NCBI GenBank assembly: GCA_008632985.1
Contig: QPGO01000185.1
Span: 1 to 64,000, forward strand
Source of the DNA: Psammoneis japonica
Lineage: Eukaryota
Reading direction: 5' to 3'
DNA: 64,000 bases
Below the pieces are notes generated by a model, which had not been told where the DNA came from, did no database searches, and worked only from the letters and a program-made list of their open reading frames with translations. Below are positions 49,101 to 59,861 of this stretch, in pieces. The translations under genes were made by a program, and so were the position numbers. Position 1 is the first letter of the stretch; each line of letters opens with the position of its first letter.

Positions 49101-50814
49101 CCAAGAAGACAACAAACACCATGGTCCTTGCATCATTTCTTGGTCAATGAAGCATTGTTTGTAGAAGGCAAATAACGTGTGTGTTGTGTCCCATGTTTTG
49201 AGCACCAAACTTGTCTATGTGCAAGAAACAGCAAGAGTGTGAGACATCCAAAACAGATTGAAATGCATGAAATGCACAACAGAGGCAGGAACATGTGTGG
49301 TGTGACTTGAAGCTTGCTCAAGAACAACATGGCATTTGTGTGTGACAAGCAGAGAAAGCTTTGATGAGATCTGAAATGGTTGCACTGCACACCTTCATGC
49401 CCAAATCTAATGCAGTTCCATCAATCAAATGGCCAGGAATTGCATCTGCATCATCTTTGCCCCACCACAGCTTTAGAACCACACCATTCAGTGAGGCAAG
49501 ATGGCAATTTTTCATGTTCATTGCTGGCCAAAAGGAAAAGGGAAAAAAGGAGGGGATTCAACCATCCAACACACACAAAAATTGACCATGCAAGCTGGGC
49601 CAGAGATTCATTGGCTTTTTCTTTGCAGTCTGGGGTGGTTGCTGCAGGTGCAAAAGGTGGGTGCACATTGCAACTTGTTCAGGGTGACCATTCACTCAAA
49701 GGCTGCATTTAGGAAGGGCCAGGGAGAAGAAAAATGCACAAGCTTGGCTTGCTTCAGACCCTGGCATGTTGTGCATCACTGTGCAGAGAGTCTTGTTGCA
49801 GCCAGGCACATCTCACAGGAGGTCTCATGCTCGGTGTGCTCCTCAATGACTCTTGGACCCAACCTCACTCAGAGCTTCTTGATGTCAACAACAAGTTGAC
49901 TCACAGTGCTGACAAAGAAGCTTGAGGAGCAGGCTTGAATGCCATTTTGCATCTCTGTGGTGTGTGTGGGAAGGCACCAACAGGAGCAGCTCCTGCCAGC
50001 TCCAGCTTTGGCTTGGGGGGTCTTTGCAGCCATGGTGTCTGCCTCAAGCTGGTGCTCTCAAACACAAGGGGTGCTGTGATGTGTGGGGTTGGGCAGCCCA
50101 ACCAGCTTGCCTGCTGCACTCCTTGCTCATGGCACACAGCACTGTCATGGCTGCAACAAGGGTGATTTTGTGGTTGGGCTGGTGTTTTGGAGGTCTGGGT
50201 GCACCCTGGGAAGCCAAAGAAGGGCTCAGCATTGTGCTGCCAGTGCCAGAAACATGCTCTGCCCTGTGACTTGCAGCTCTGGGAGCTCACAACCTCAAGT
50301 TTGACATCTCAGTTGGCAGCTCAGCAAACAGCCAGTCTTGACCACAGCTTGGTGTGTGGGTGGCAGGTGGCACTGTTGCCATTGGGTTTACAAATGCACA
50401 ACACACCTGTGGCACCAACAAGACCTCAGCAGTCTTGCCTGACTTACAAAGCTTTGACGATGACAAGCTTTCACTTTCACTTTCACTTCATCAGTGCAGT
50501 TGGCATTTTTACTTGCAAGCCAAAAAAGTCGAGATCGGCACTTTGAACGGTTCTGGAGGCGGCAGCTGACGTGGGGCCATTGGGGAGATGCCGAGTGTGT
50601 GTTTTTGCGCGCGAAGCGTGCAAAGCACACTTGTCTTAGCCCAAAATTTCCGGTGGAGAAAAAGCGGGCATCAAGGTTTCACAGGTGGTGTTCCTGGGCC
50701 CACGCACTGAGACAGTAAAAAGAGACGACTGACTGCACAGTGAGTGGTGATTGGGGTTTGGTGTGACCCCAATTCAAAAAAACTCAAATGGGCGTGTGTG
50801 TGTGTGTGTGTGTG

Positions 50815-50832
50815 NNNNNNNNNNNNNNNNNN
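50815..50832. other. Assembly gap (N run) flanked by (TG)n and poly-G
   Basis: 18 N characters. Confidence 0.99.
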
Positions 50833-52329
50833 GGGGGGGGGCAGAAAAGTTTTGCATGAGCTGTTTTGTCAGTGCTCACAGGATGGCCTGGGTTGCTGTG
50901 GATTTTCTCAATGGAAGCCAAGTGGCCACAGCACAAGAGAAAACAATTTTGTTTTTGAGCATCTGATGGACAAAGTCTGGGCACTCAGACAGCTGTCCAC
51001 ATCTCCTCAGCTCCGGCAAGAAGCAGCAGGCTCCAATGGCAGCATTGTGCGTGCTCATGCACTCATGCGCAAACAAGCCTCAAGCTGCAAGTCATGAGAA
51101 AAAGCCACTCAACCTCCCAACCAGCTGCAGAGCAGTCAAATCATGCCACTTGAGAGTCCAAGGTTCAAAACAAGTTTGGCACATCTGCTCTCTTTTTGTT
51201 TTGTGTGCTCAAGAGCCTTTGCTTTGTTCTCCCCACAACAAGTTTTTGGCATGTGAAAGGAGGCTGCAAATTCCAGATGGGTTGATTTTTCTCTTTGGTG
51301 CAAAGGGTGTGCATTGCATGTTTTGATTGGATGCCCACGCAGAGATCTGAAAACCAGCATTGTTGCAAGCATTGGAAGCAGAGAGAGAGAAAACCAACCA
51401 ATTGACACCTCAAAATGAACATCTAAATGCTGCATGAGTGGTCAACTGGTGCAGAAATGCAATGGTGATTTTGCACTTGACATCCTGTTTTACCATGTCA
51501 ATTTTGCTTGTGCCCAAAAACTCTGCAGCATTGACCACTCAGTGTGTCTGCCAGCTTTCTTTGTGCCAAAGTGGAAATTTTAATTGGAGGGGAGCTCGTC
51601 AACCATTTGGCTGTCTTTGTGCCAAAACAGAAATTTGAATTGGGGGATGCTTGTCATCAACCAGCCACGAGCATGAAATCTAAGACTGCACCCCCCTCCC
51701 GGCTCCTCCTGCCCCCCATCCCTTGCTCATGTCTTGGTCAGTGAAGAACAGTGGGATTGCACTGTGCCGTTGGTGTGCAGAAAACCCTTCTGACGGCTCT
51801 CTCATTTGCTCTTTGGGAAGCAAATGACAAAGCTCCCATGTTTGAACAATTGGAAAAATGTAAAAGACAAGAAGATGTGCAAATGTGCAGCTGTGTTGTT
51901 TGCTGTCATTTTGTTGTGTTGCACATCATCTCAACAAGTGTGCTTGCTTGTGTTTTTCATCAGCAAGTGTCGCGTCAACTCTGATCTCAAAAAGAAGCAA
52001 GATCACAACACAGTCAGGGAACTCAAGTGAGCTGGAGACCTCAAGGGTGCAGTCAAGAGGGCAAAACAGAGCACACCAGCCAGATGTGCACAACAGCTCA
52101 GCAAGAGTCCAAAACTTGAGCATGCCAGGCAATCTGTGGAGTGCCTGGATGGCCTTTGACTCCTGGCAAGGAAATGCACCAAGCCTGCTGCATGTGCTGC
52201 TGCTGATGGAAGCATGGACATTTGCTGAGGCTTGTTCGCCATTGTCATGAAGGGATCATCTGCCAACAGTGCAAGGGCAGCAGCAATGAATGCTTGCAAA
52301 GTGCACAATGCAGTGCACAGGCATTCCCA

Positions 52330-52970
52330 CAAGCCTCAACCTGGACAAACTTCCTGCTTTCTCCCATTCCACTCATTTTGGCACATGTGAGTGTGCTGCA
52401 GACTTGTGCAAAGACCAAAATGATGATGATGAAGAGAGCAGCACACTCGGAAAGTCCAAGCTCATCAAGAAGAGGGGCTTCAGTGCTGATGACTCCAATG
52501 CTTTCAACAGTGTCATTGACATCTCTGTCAAAATTGACAACCTTTGCAAGGTGATTCACAAGGAGCATCCTGGAACTCCAGGAGAGCACCAGGAGCAAGG
52601 ACTTGCACCAGACTTTCCTGCCAAAATTGTCCTTCATCTCATTGATGAGAGCCTCACCCAGCCAAGCTTCAAGGGGTTTGTTGTTGACATCATGATGAAT
52701 CTCCAGCCAGACACCCAGACTGCTGTGTGGCGCAAGTGCATCTGGGGCAGCTTCACATGCACCAAGGTTTGCTCATCCATTGCAGCTTGGTGGTTGCCCG
52801 AGTGTGTTGAGCTTGGGCTCAGCAGCAGCCACTGTTGTTTGCCCTTTGAAAAAGTTGCATGGAACTGTTTCGTTGGGCATTTGGAGGATCTTTGGCAATT
52901 TCATTGCAACTTTGCATTGGGCTGGGTTCTTGCCTGCGATGGATCCATCAAACCACCCATGGAGGTTTAA
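52330..52970 (+). pseudogene. Decayed copy 3 of ORF family A
   Basis: KLPAFSHSTHFGTCECAADLCKDQNDDDEE..VIDISVKIDNLCKVIHKEHPG..FPAKIVLHLIDE..QTAVWRKCIWGSFTCTKVCSSIAAWWLPE. Confidence 0.7.
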
Positions 52971-54119
52971 GATCATTGTTCTGCATGACAAGTGCCAGGC
53001 TTTCATCAAGAACATGTTCATCAAGGCCTGAAGTGACTGCTTTGGGATCAAGACATGTGGGTGCATGCAACTGACCAACATTGACAGCTGCAAGAGCATC
53101 ACTTGCCTCGCTGTCAACCTCAAACACATTTGGCAGTTTTTTCTCAAATCGCATTTTCAGAGGAAAGGAACAGCAAAAGCAAATTCCTCACATGTGACAA
53201 GGGGGGCAAGACACTGAGGGTTTGTTTGGATGACAGTGTTTGAGGGAGAGACACAATCATTGAAACACACACATCCACTTTGTCATTCAATGGTTTTTTC
53301 CCCACAAAATGGAGGTGATCACTGCTTGTCATGTGCAAAAATCTTGAAAACTTTGGAGAAGAGCCACGCTGGAACAAACTGCAAGTGTTGTGCTGCACTG
53401 GCCCGGCATGATGGGAGAACTAAATGCACATCAAATTGAGGCATGCGCACAACAAGTGCACAGCAGCACAATGTCGGACAGATGACAGTCACACATTTGT
53501 TGTGATTTGCGCGACAAATTGCCGTTGACGCCAATGATGATGATGACATTTTCTCAAGCTCTCACAGGATGACTTTGCAGTGGGCACTTGTCACATTGAT
53601 CAACTGCACTGTTTGAAACACAAACATGCAAAGAAAGTCCCCCTGATGAAGTCTCAATCATTCAACAATGAATGCATGACAGTGACAGGTCGGAAAACAG
53701 AGCTCAGCATTGGTGTGATGTTTTGCTTTTGAACGGAGGTTGATCTTGGGGACTTTCATGACTGAACGCGTTCACAAACTTGGCAAACCAAATGTCCACA
53801 ATGACAAAAGACTCTGGGACACGTCACTGTCATTGCGACAATGCACCACCGCCATGTCACTGATTTTTGGCGATGATGCATGCAGCACGCACGAAGTTTC
53901 CAGCACAAAAAAAAAAAACAGGAAATTCCAATTGTCTTGCCATGATCAGCTTGTTGTGCAAATGCCTCATGACTCTTTGTTTGCCAGAATGGATTAGAAC
54001 GGATTTTTTTGCACGGTTGGACGCGTGCAGATTTTTTTTGCCACACGACGCACTGCATGTTGGCAATGCCAAGAGCCGCAATGGCGTTGTCTTCACCATT
54101 GTCACAGAGGACACATGCT

Positions 54120-54945
54120 GACAAAGCACTGCTCTTCATTTGGAAAGAGTGTTTGGAGTCAGGTGTTGTGTTTGAGAAGCTGCAGCGTTGAATTGTGGAT
54201 GGGGCAAATGACAGCGAAACAGATTCATGCAGGCTTTTGTCTCTGCACCAAAGTGTGAGCAGGGCATGTTGTTTTCCCTTGCATTGTTGTGTGCTGCTCC
54301 CCACATTTGTGCAATGCCTTGGCATTGTGTGCCAATCCATCATTTCTGTCTTTGCTTTCATTCACAGCATCAAAATTCATGGACAGTGCCGTGGCGGCAA
54401 TGCCATGTTGCAGCATCATCCATTGCTCTGACTCAGATGCCAGAGCTGATGCTGCATGGGAATTTGAGGATGTGCACCAACAACAAACTGCTTTTCATTG
54501 TTCAGAAAGAACATGTGGAAACAGGCGCTGTGTTTGAGAGAGGCTTTGATTGTGGATGGGGAGCAAAAAAGATGCAGCCAGCAGCTGAGCTTTGTTTCGG
54601 CGTCAAAGCAAGTCATGCTGTTGTCTGTTGCATTGACATTTGTTGCTCAACAGATTTTTTGCAGTGCAAGCCAGACAGAATGCATCAGACACAGCATTGT
54701 CTTCCACAATGAGGCCAGTGCTGTTGAGCCAAAGCCAGAGCAGAGAGCAGTGCACACAAGACACGCGACAGACAAGTGTGTTGCCAATTAAACCAGTGGT
54801 TGTTGCAGTTTGTTTTGCTCAGTGTGTGCCCCAGATGCATTGGCAGCAGCACCCTTAAAGTTGCACTGGCAGTCTTCTGCTCAACATTGTTGTTCTCATT
54901 GGCTGAGAGAGCCTCGTCTGCCCAGACATCTCCCTCGCAGAAATT
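54120..54945 (-). repeat. Repeat family B, inverted homolog of 2440-3335, with an internal unit of about 360 bp
   Basis: The reverse complement gggagatgtctgggcagacgaggctctctcagccaatgagaaca matches gggagatgtccaggcagacaaggctctcttggccaatgagaaca at about 2459. tgttgagcaacaaatg.caatgcaa.agacaaca is also shared. Confidence 0.8.
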
Positions 54946-55833
54946 GTGGCATGTGCCGGGACACACAGAATTCTACAGGCAAATTCTCAAAAGTCACTGA
55001 AACACCACATTCAGGCTTCTTGCAATCAAAATTTCATCAACAACTGTCATTTGACATCGTGTTCTTCCAATTGTCAAATGTGGTTAGAAGCAGCAGTGGC
55101 TTTCCACCGTGCTTTCGTCGTGCCATCAATTTTGTGACACAGCAAAGTGTGTGTGCACACAAGTTCACACCAGGTTCCACCACAGTGTCCCCCATTTGAT
55201 CAACTGAAAGCATTTGCAGGTGCAGATTTTTTCAAGCCCCTCAAAATGAGAACAAGCGGGGCTGCAGATTCTCATTTTTGCACAGATTTTCTGTGACAAT
55301 CAGGGTGGGCAAAAAAAACATGAGATGAGTGCCTCGCTCAATTTTGACAATGCCTTAGAATCAGATTGGGTGCAGCACTGCAAGCAAAAGCAGGGCACTG
55401 GGTTTTCTGAAGAAGAAGACCTTCGCTTGTTTCTTGATTCTGTGCACTTGTTTCTTGACTCTGTGCAGGATGAGTGTTCTTCAGAATTAACGCAGAACCA
55501 TCCAAGCTGGAGAGTGGACAACGATCTCATGGAAAAGACATTGCAATCACATCGGGGCTGCAGAAGAGGACCCTCTCCACTGGCAACTGCTGTAGCCACT
55601 GCATGTAGAGCACATGCAGAGATTCTACAGATCTTACATGAACTCGTTCAATTGACACTTGACTTTGACAAAAAAGCAAAAAAGTGACACTTTGCGCGTT
55701 AGATGCGCGACGTGCAATCTGACACGTAGAAGTCTACGGGGAAATACTCGAAAATTACTGAAACACCATTTCAGGCTTCTTGTAATTAAAAATTTTGCAG
55801 ATCAACGATGGTAGCAAGGTAAATTTACCGTCG

Positions 55834-55905
55834 TGGGCTGTAGCGCAGGGGTAGCGCGACTGTTTCGCATACAGTAGGTCGGGTGTTCGAATCATCCCAG
55901 CTCCA
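55834..55905 (+). tRNA. tRNA-Ala(CGC)
   Basis: Cloverleaf: D arm GCGC/GCGC, anticodon arm ACTGT-TTCGCAT-ACAGT, T arm GGGTG-TTCGAAT-CATCC, G3:U70 Ala identity pair, A73, downstream T5 terminator. Position 1 is T opposite C72. Confidence 0.88.
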
Positions 55906-56045
55906 ATTTTTGTCAAAAAAGGCAACAACATGCGTTGCCCTTTTTGTCGTGTGTGCTCTTCCAGGGCAAGGACAGAGGCTCAAACAAACACGGGGTTGAG
56001 AAAAACAAAGAGTTCACGTTGGCAACACTTGTCAATGACCTGCTC

Positions 56046-56235
56046 GGGCTGCAGCACAGGGGCGCTGACTCGACTGTTTCACGCGCAGCACGTCACATGC
56101 TCAAATCATCCCCCAGCTCCAATTTTTGTTAAAAAAGGCAAAACAACACATGTTGCCCTTTTTGGCGTGTGTGCTCTTCCAGGGCAAGGATGGAGGACAG
56201 GCTCAAGCAAACATGGGGTTGAGAAAAACAAAGAG
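56046..56235 (+). pseudogene. Decayed tRNA-Ala copy plus duplicated 3' flank
   Basis: gggctgcagcacagggg..gactgtttc..tcaaatcatccccagctcca, followed by a tail matching 55906-56012. Confidence 0.85.
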
Positions 56236-56489
56236 ACGTGCATGCACCCCGGTGTGTGCGCCAGCCTGCAAGCACACAGCACACCCAACTCAGTGCACAG
56301 CAGACAGCAGCGAGCAGGAAAGAGCACCGACACTGCCGCTGCCCCTCCAAATCTCAGGTTTTTTCTCCTTTGCTTGTTCTTTTGTGTGAAGACATTTTTG
56401 TGCCATTGTCTCAGCTGCAGGCAACTGCTGTGGGTGGCGGTGATCTCCCACCAGTTGCCACCTCACAAAGCAATTGGGAGAGGGGCTTG

Positions 56490-56750
56490 TGGGCTGCAGC
56501 GCAGGGGCAGTGTGACTGTCTCGCATGCAGCAGGTGGGGTGCTCAAGTCATCCAAGCTCCACTCTTTTGGTGGTTGCACAGCATGACATGGCCAAGTGCT
56601 CAAATTGTCCCAGCTCCATTCTTCAGCTGGTTGAGCACCACATTGTCAAGTGGTCGAATTGATCAAGCTCCATTCTTTTGGCAGTTGCGCAGCACATGTT
56701 TTGCCTTTTTTTTGTGTCATGTGTGCCTTTCCAAATGAGCAAGGGCAGAG
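56490..56750 (+). pseudogene. Decayed tRNA-Ala copy (56490-56561) followed by tandem 3'-half repeats
   Basis: Ungapped 72-nt alignment to the tRNA. Two further T-arm/acceptor-like units end in agctcca at about 56618 and 56672. Confidence 0.85.
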
Positions 56751-57473
56751 GCTGAGTCAAATGCTGCTGGGTTCTCTGCAAAGCAGAAAAAGAAACACAT
56801 TTGCTCACACATGCAATGCTTTTTTGTGCATGCCCCAGCTTGGTTTGGTTTTGCTGCAGGATTCTCCAAAACTCGCCGGGATTGCCACCTTTTGCCTTGC
56901 TCTTTGCCTTGAAGCATGAAATCCCTGGGTGTTGCCACTTGCCACAAATGCTGCTGGGTCACAAACAGATGGCAAAACAGAAACTGCTCTCTGTCCAGCA
57001 CAGGCAGATGAGAGGACAGGGAGGAGCAGCTTCAGAACAACCACCACAAGATTTTGGGAGAGAAGGTGCTGTCAAGCCAGATGGGCACACAGAGAAGACA
57101 GGGCCAACCCTGTTCACCATCAACCACAACCCGCAACACTTGTGGAAAGTCACACACGACTCAGGACTCAGGAGCCCTGCTGACAACAAGAAATGCTGTC
57201 CTGGCACAATTTTGACATCCACAAGCGCTTGGGAACAAAAACTATAAACTGAATTATCTGTGGTGTTGCAATGAGGGATGCACATGTTTTGACTAGCTAG
57301 TCTTTATCTGTTAGTCGCATCTCGCCAAACATGAGAAATGAACTCGATCTCGACATTACATCTCCATCTTGAATCTCGAGCCGACCAGAAAAAGAAGCAT
57401 GGACTTTGATGGCGAACATACATAAACTCAAACGAAAGCATCACCTACTATGCATAGCTTATCCCAAGCATGA

Positions 57474-58066
57474 CTAGACTGGAGCACGACGACTGCTGTT
57501 CGTACCCCCACCAAAGCTCTGAAAGAATCGCTCTACAGCTGGCATGCGCATTACCGGACCAATGACTGGTGCGTCCTTCATGGATGCGGCAGCGATTGGG
57601 AAAAATTGACCAAAAAGATAGACGAGTCCATAGAGTTGACAAAGCATTCCAATGACGGGCCACCGTATCATTACTAAAAAGATTCCACCAAAAAATGAGA
57701 TAATGCCTCGAATTCGCTCGGGTCGTGAAAAGAATCGGACTGTTCTCGAAAATCCTGAATTCATAAGGGAATTACAAAATAAGGGTTGAATACTGTTTGA
57801 AAGAGACGAATGAAACGATCGAACCAAATCCTACCTATCGTCAGTGTGAGTCCCGTTAGAAAGAGCAAATCCCCGAGCGCTATCATTGCAGAATCAAATA
57901 GAAAAATTACCCCAAGGAATAGAAACACGCACCCCTTTAGAATGCAAAAACACAAACAAGAAATTGTTAGCACCACGGGCACTTTCCTTGAAGTTTGTGT
58001 TGGGAAACACCTTGAACTCACCAGAAACAGAAGCCCTGTCCCTATTTTTGTATTGTCGCTAACCAT
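57474..58066 (-). CDS. GOT1: Vesicle transport protein Got1
   Basis: [15 protein letters not shown] / [34 protein letters not shown] / [33 protein letters not shown]. Two introns. Confidence 0.92.
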
Positions 58067-58627
58067 GGTTGCAAATTATTGACGGTTGTTTTCCGCTCGG
58101 GTGTCGGGTGTCGGGGGTGCCTGTTGCTGTGTTGCTTCTGGGGTTGGTTGCGGCTTTTGGTCATTCTTGTGGCGTCTTTGTCCCAACTGTAGCCCCCAGT
58201 ACATTTCGTACATACGTAATCTCGTACACCAAATCTGTTACTGCCAAAGGAAATTTAAAAAAAAGATACAGCTCTGTATATAAAATGTTTATCAAAACGA
58301 TGCGGTTGGCGGCAAGACAAGAAAGAGCACGATCCAGCCATCAAAAAATTGGAAATGAGCAACACAAAAAACAACACACAACATTCCAGAGAAAGCCAAA
58401 GCATACTGTGCACGTTTGAACAGCAGTCGCGGCATGAGATGCTGCTTAGAAGTCGCAGTTTGTGCCAATTGTTCATGTTCATAACTAGTGCGATTGAAAG
58501 TTCTGGGTTTATTTTTTCTACAAATCGAAAGTGGACGAGATTTGCATACCGCGTTTCGTCGTCGCGACCGCCATCTCGTTCGTCTTGTTTCGTGTCGACG
58601 ACGAGAGCAATGATTGACAAGACAACC

Positions 58628-59723
58628 ATGGCGAAGAATGTGTCCATAGAATCCCTAAGGACTGTGGTGCTAGGCTGAGAAGTGGAGAGCTGGTTGCCTT
58701 TCCTACTGAAACAGTTTATGGTCTTGGCTGCCACGCGTTGGACCCAATTGCGGTCCAGAAAGTATTTGCTGCCAAGGAAAGACCACTGTCCGATCCGCTT
58801 ATTGTTCACGTAAGCGATCCATCAGATGCAATTACCCTCTGGAAAGCAGACGAAACTTCAAGCGAAGGACGAGCACTCCGAGCCTTGTCAAGTCAATTCT
58901 GGCCGGGGCCGTTGACTGTTGTAGCAAAGGCTGCATCACAGGTACCTCCGATAATCATGGCAAACACTGGCTATGTGGCTTGCCGGTGTCCATCACATCC
59001 GTTGGCCAGATCCCTAATCAAAGAAGCTGGAGTACCTATTGCTGCTCCCAGTGCAAACAAATTCGGACACGTAAGTCCGACTCGTGCTCATCATGTGTGG
59101 GACGACCTGCAATTTGAAGATGTGTGGATTCTGGAGGAGCCAAATTCGTTTGAATCTCGAGTGGGAGTTGAAAGCACAGTAGCAAAAGTTTCCTTGAAGA
59201 ACGATATTGGTAAAATTGCGATACTACGACAAGGCGCCGTTTCAGCTAGCGATATTGAAATGTGTCTCGAAGAAGTGGGTTTGGGTAGTAGTTTTTGCGT
59301 AGATGTGGCCATTGGCAAAACGACGGCAGAAGACGTCCCGACGGTTGCTCCTGGACAGACAATTCGACACTATGCTCCAAATGTTCCCAGCTACATTGTC
59401 GGTACTGATCTCTACAACAATCACGAGTTGAGCCAAGAAGAAGCGTCACTTCTTTCTACTGATGTGATTGTTGATTTCGGACAGCGGTTGGCAAAGTGGA
59501 AGCCTCATTCCTGCGCCTATCGCGATTTGAGTGCCAGCAATGATTCTTCCGAGGCAGCACAAATAGTGTTTGAGACGCTAAGATGGGCGGAACAGGTAGA
59601 AGGGGCAAGCAGAATACTGTTTCCAGAAGTTGTGCCTCTGCCGAAACAGATGCACTCACCCTAGCTTTGAAGGATCGATTGACGAGAGCCGCAAGTGGCG
59701 TTGTAGTTCATAAGCTCCAATGA
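58628..59723 (+). CDS. SUA5: Threonylcarbamoyl-AMP synthase (Sua5/YrdC)
   Basis: LVAFPTETVYGLG, KERPLSDPLIVHV, FWPGPLT, IAAPSANKFG, GVESTV, APGQ..HYAP. Frameshifts near both ends. Confidence 0.92.
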
Positions 59724-59861
59724 CACTAGAACGAACTTTGTGTCCTTATCTTAAATAAGGTGGTTGTCTAATTTAGGAAATAAGTGCTGCACTATTCATA
59801 TCGCTCATCATAAAACGTTTCATGTCAAGAAGAACTGGCTCTCACATTATACCGTACACGA

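Larger units (their letters stand above)
40935..57240. repeat. Hypermutated repeat block 3 (nested decayed elements, TpA- and CpG-depleted)
   Basis: About five TA in 41100-43900 by eye. Contains three copies of one ORF family, a 521-bp tandem duplication, a telomere-like array and tRNA-derived copies. Confidence 0.85.

Noticed and set aside
55426..55467. 21-bp tandem repeat and ORF 55325-55687 as a gene
   Set aside because: A simple two-copy duplication inside decayed repeat DNA, with no support for a product.
56540..56700. CRISPR-like array
   Set aside because: The units are degenerate tRNA 3' halves with related tails, not identical repeats with unique spacers. The context is eukaryotic and there are no cas genes.
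40935..57240. Classical fungal RIP, or plain CpG decay, as the full explanation
   Set aside because: RIP raises TpA and lowers CpA/TpG, the opposite of what is seen. CpG decay alone does not remove TpA.
40935..57240. Foreign or contaminant DNA, or an alternative genetic code
   Set aside because: The depletion is frame- and strand-independent and grades into host genes. It also affects copies of a local tRNA and a telomere-like array.
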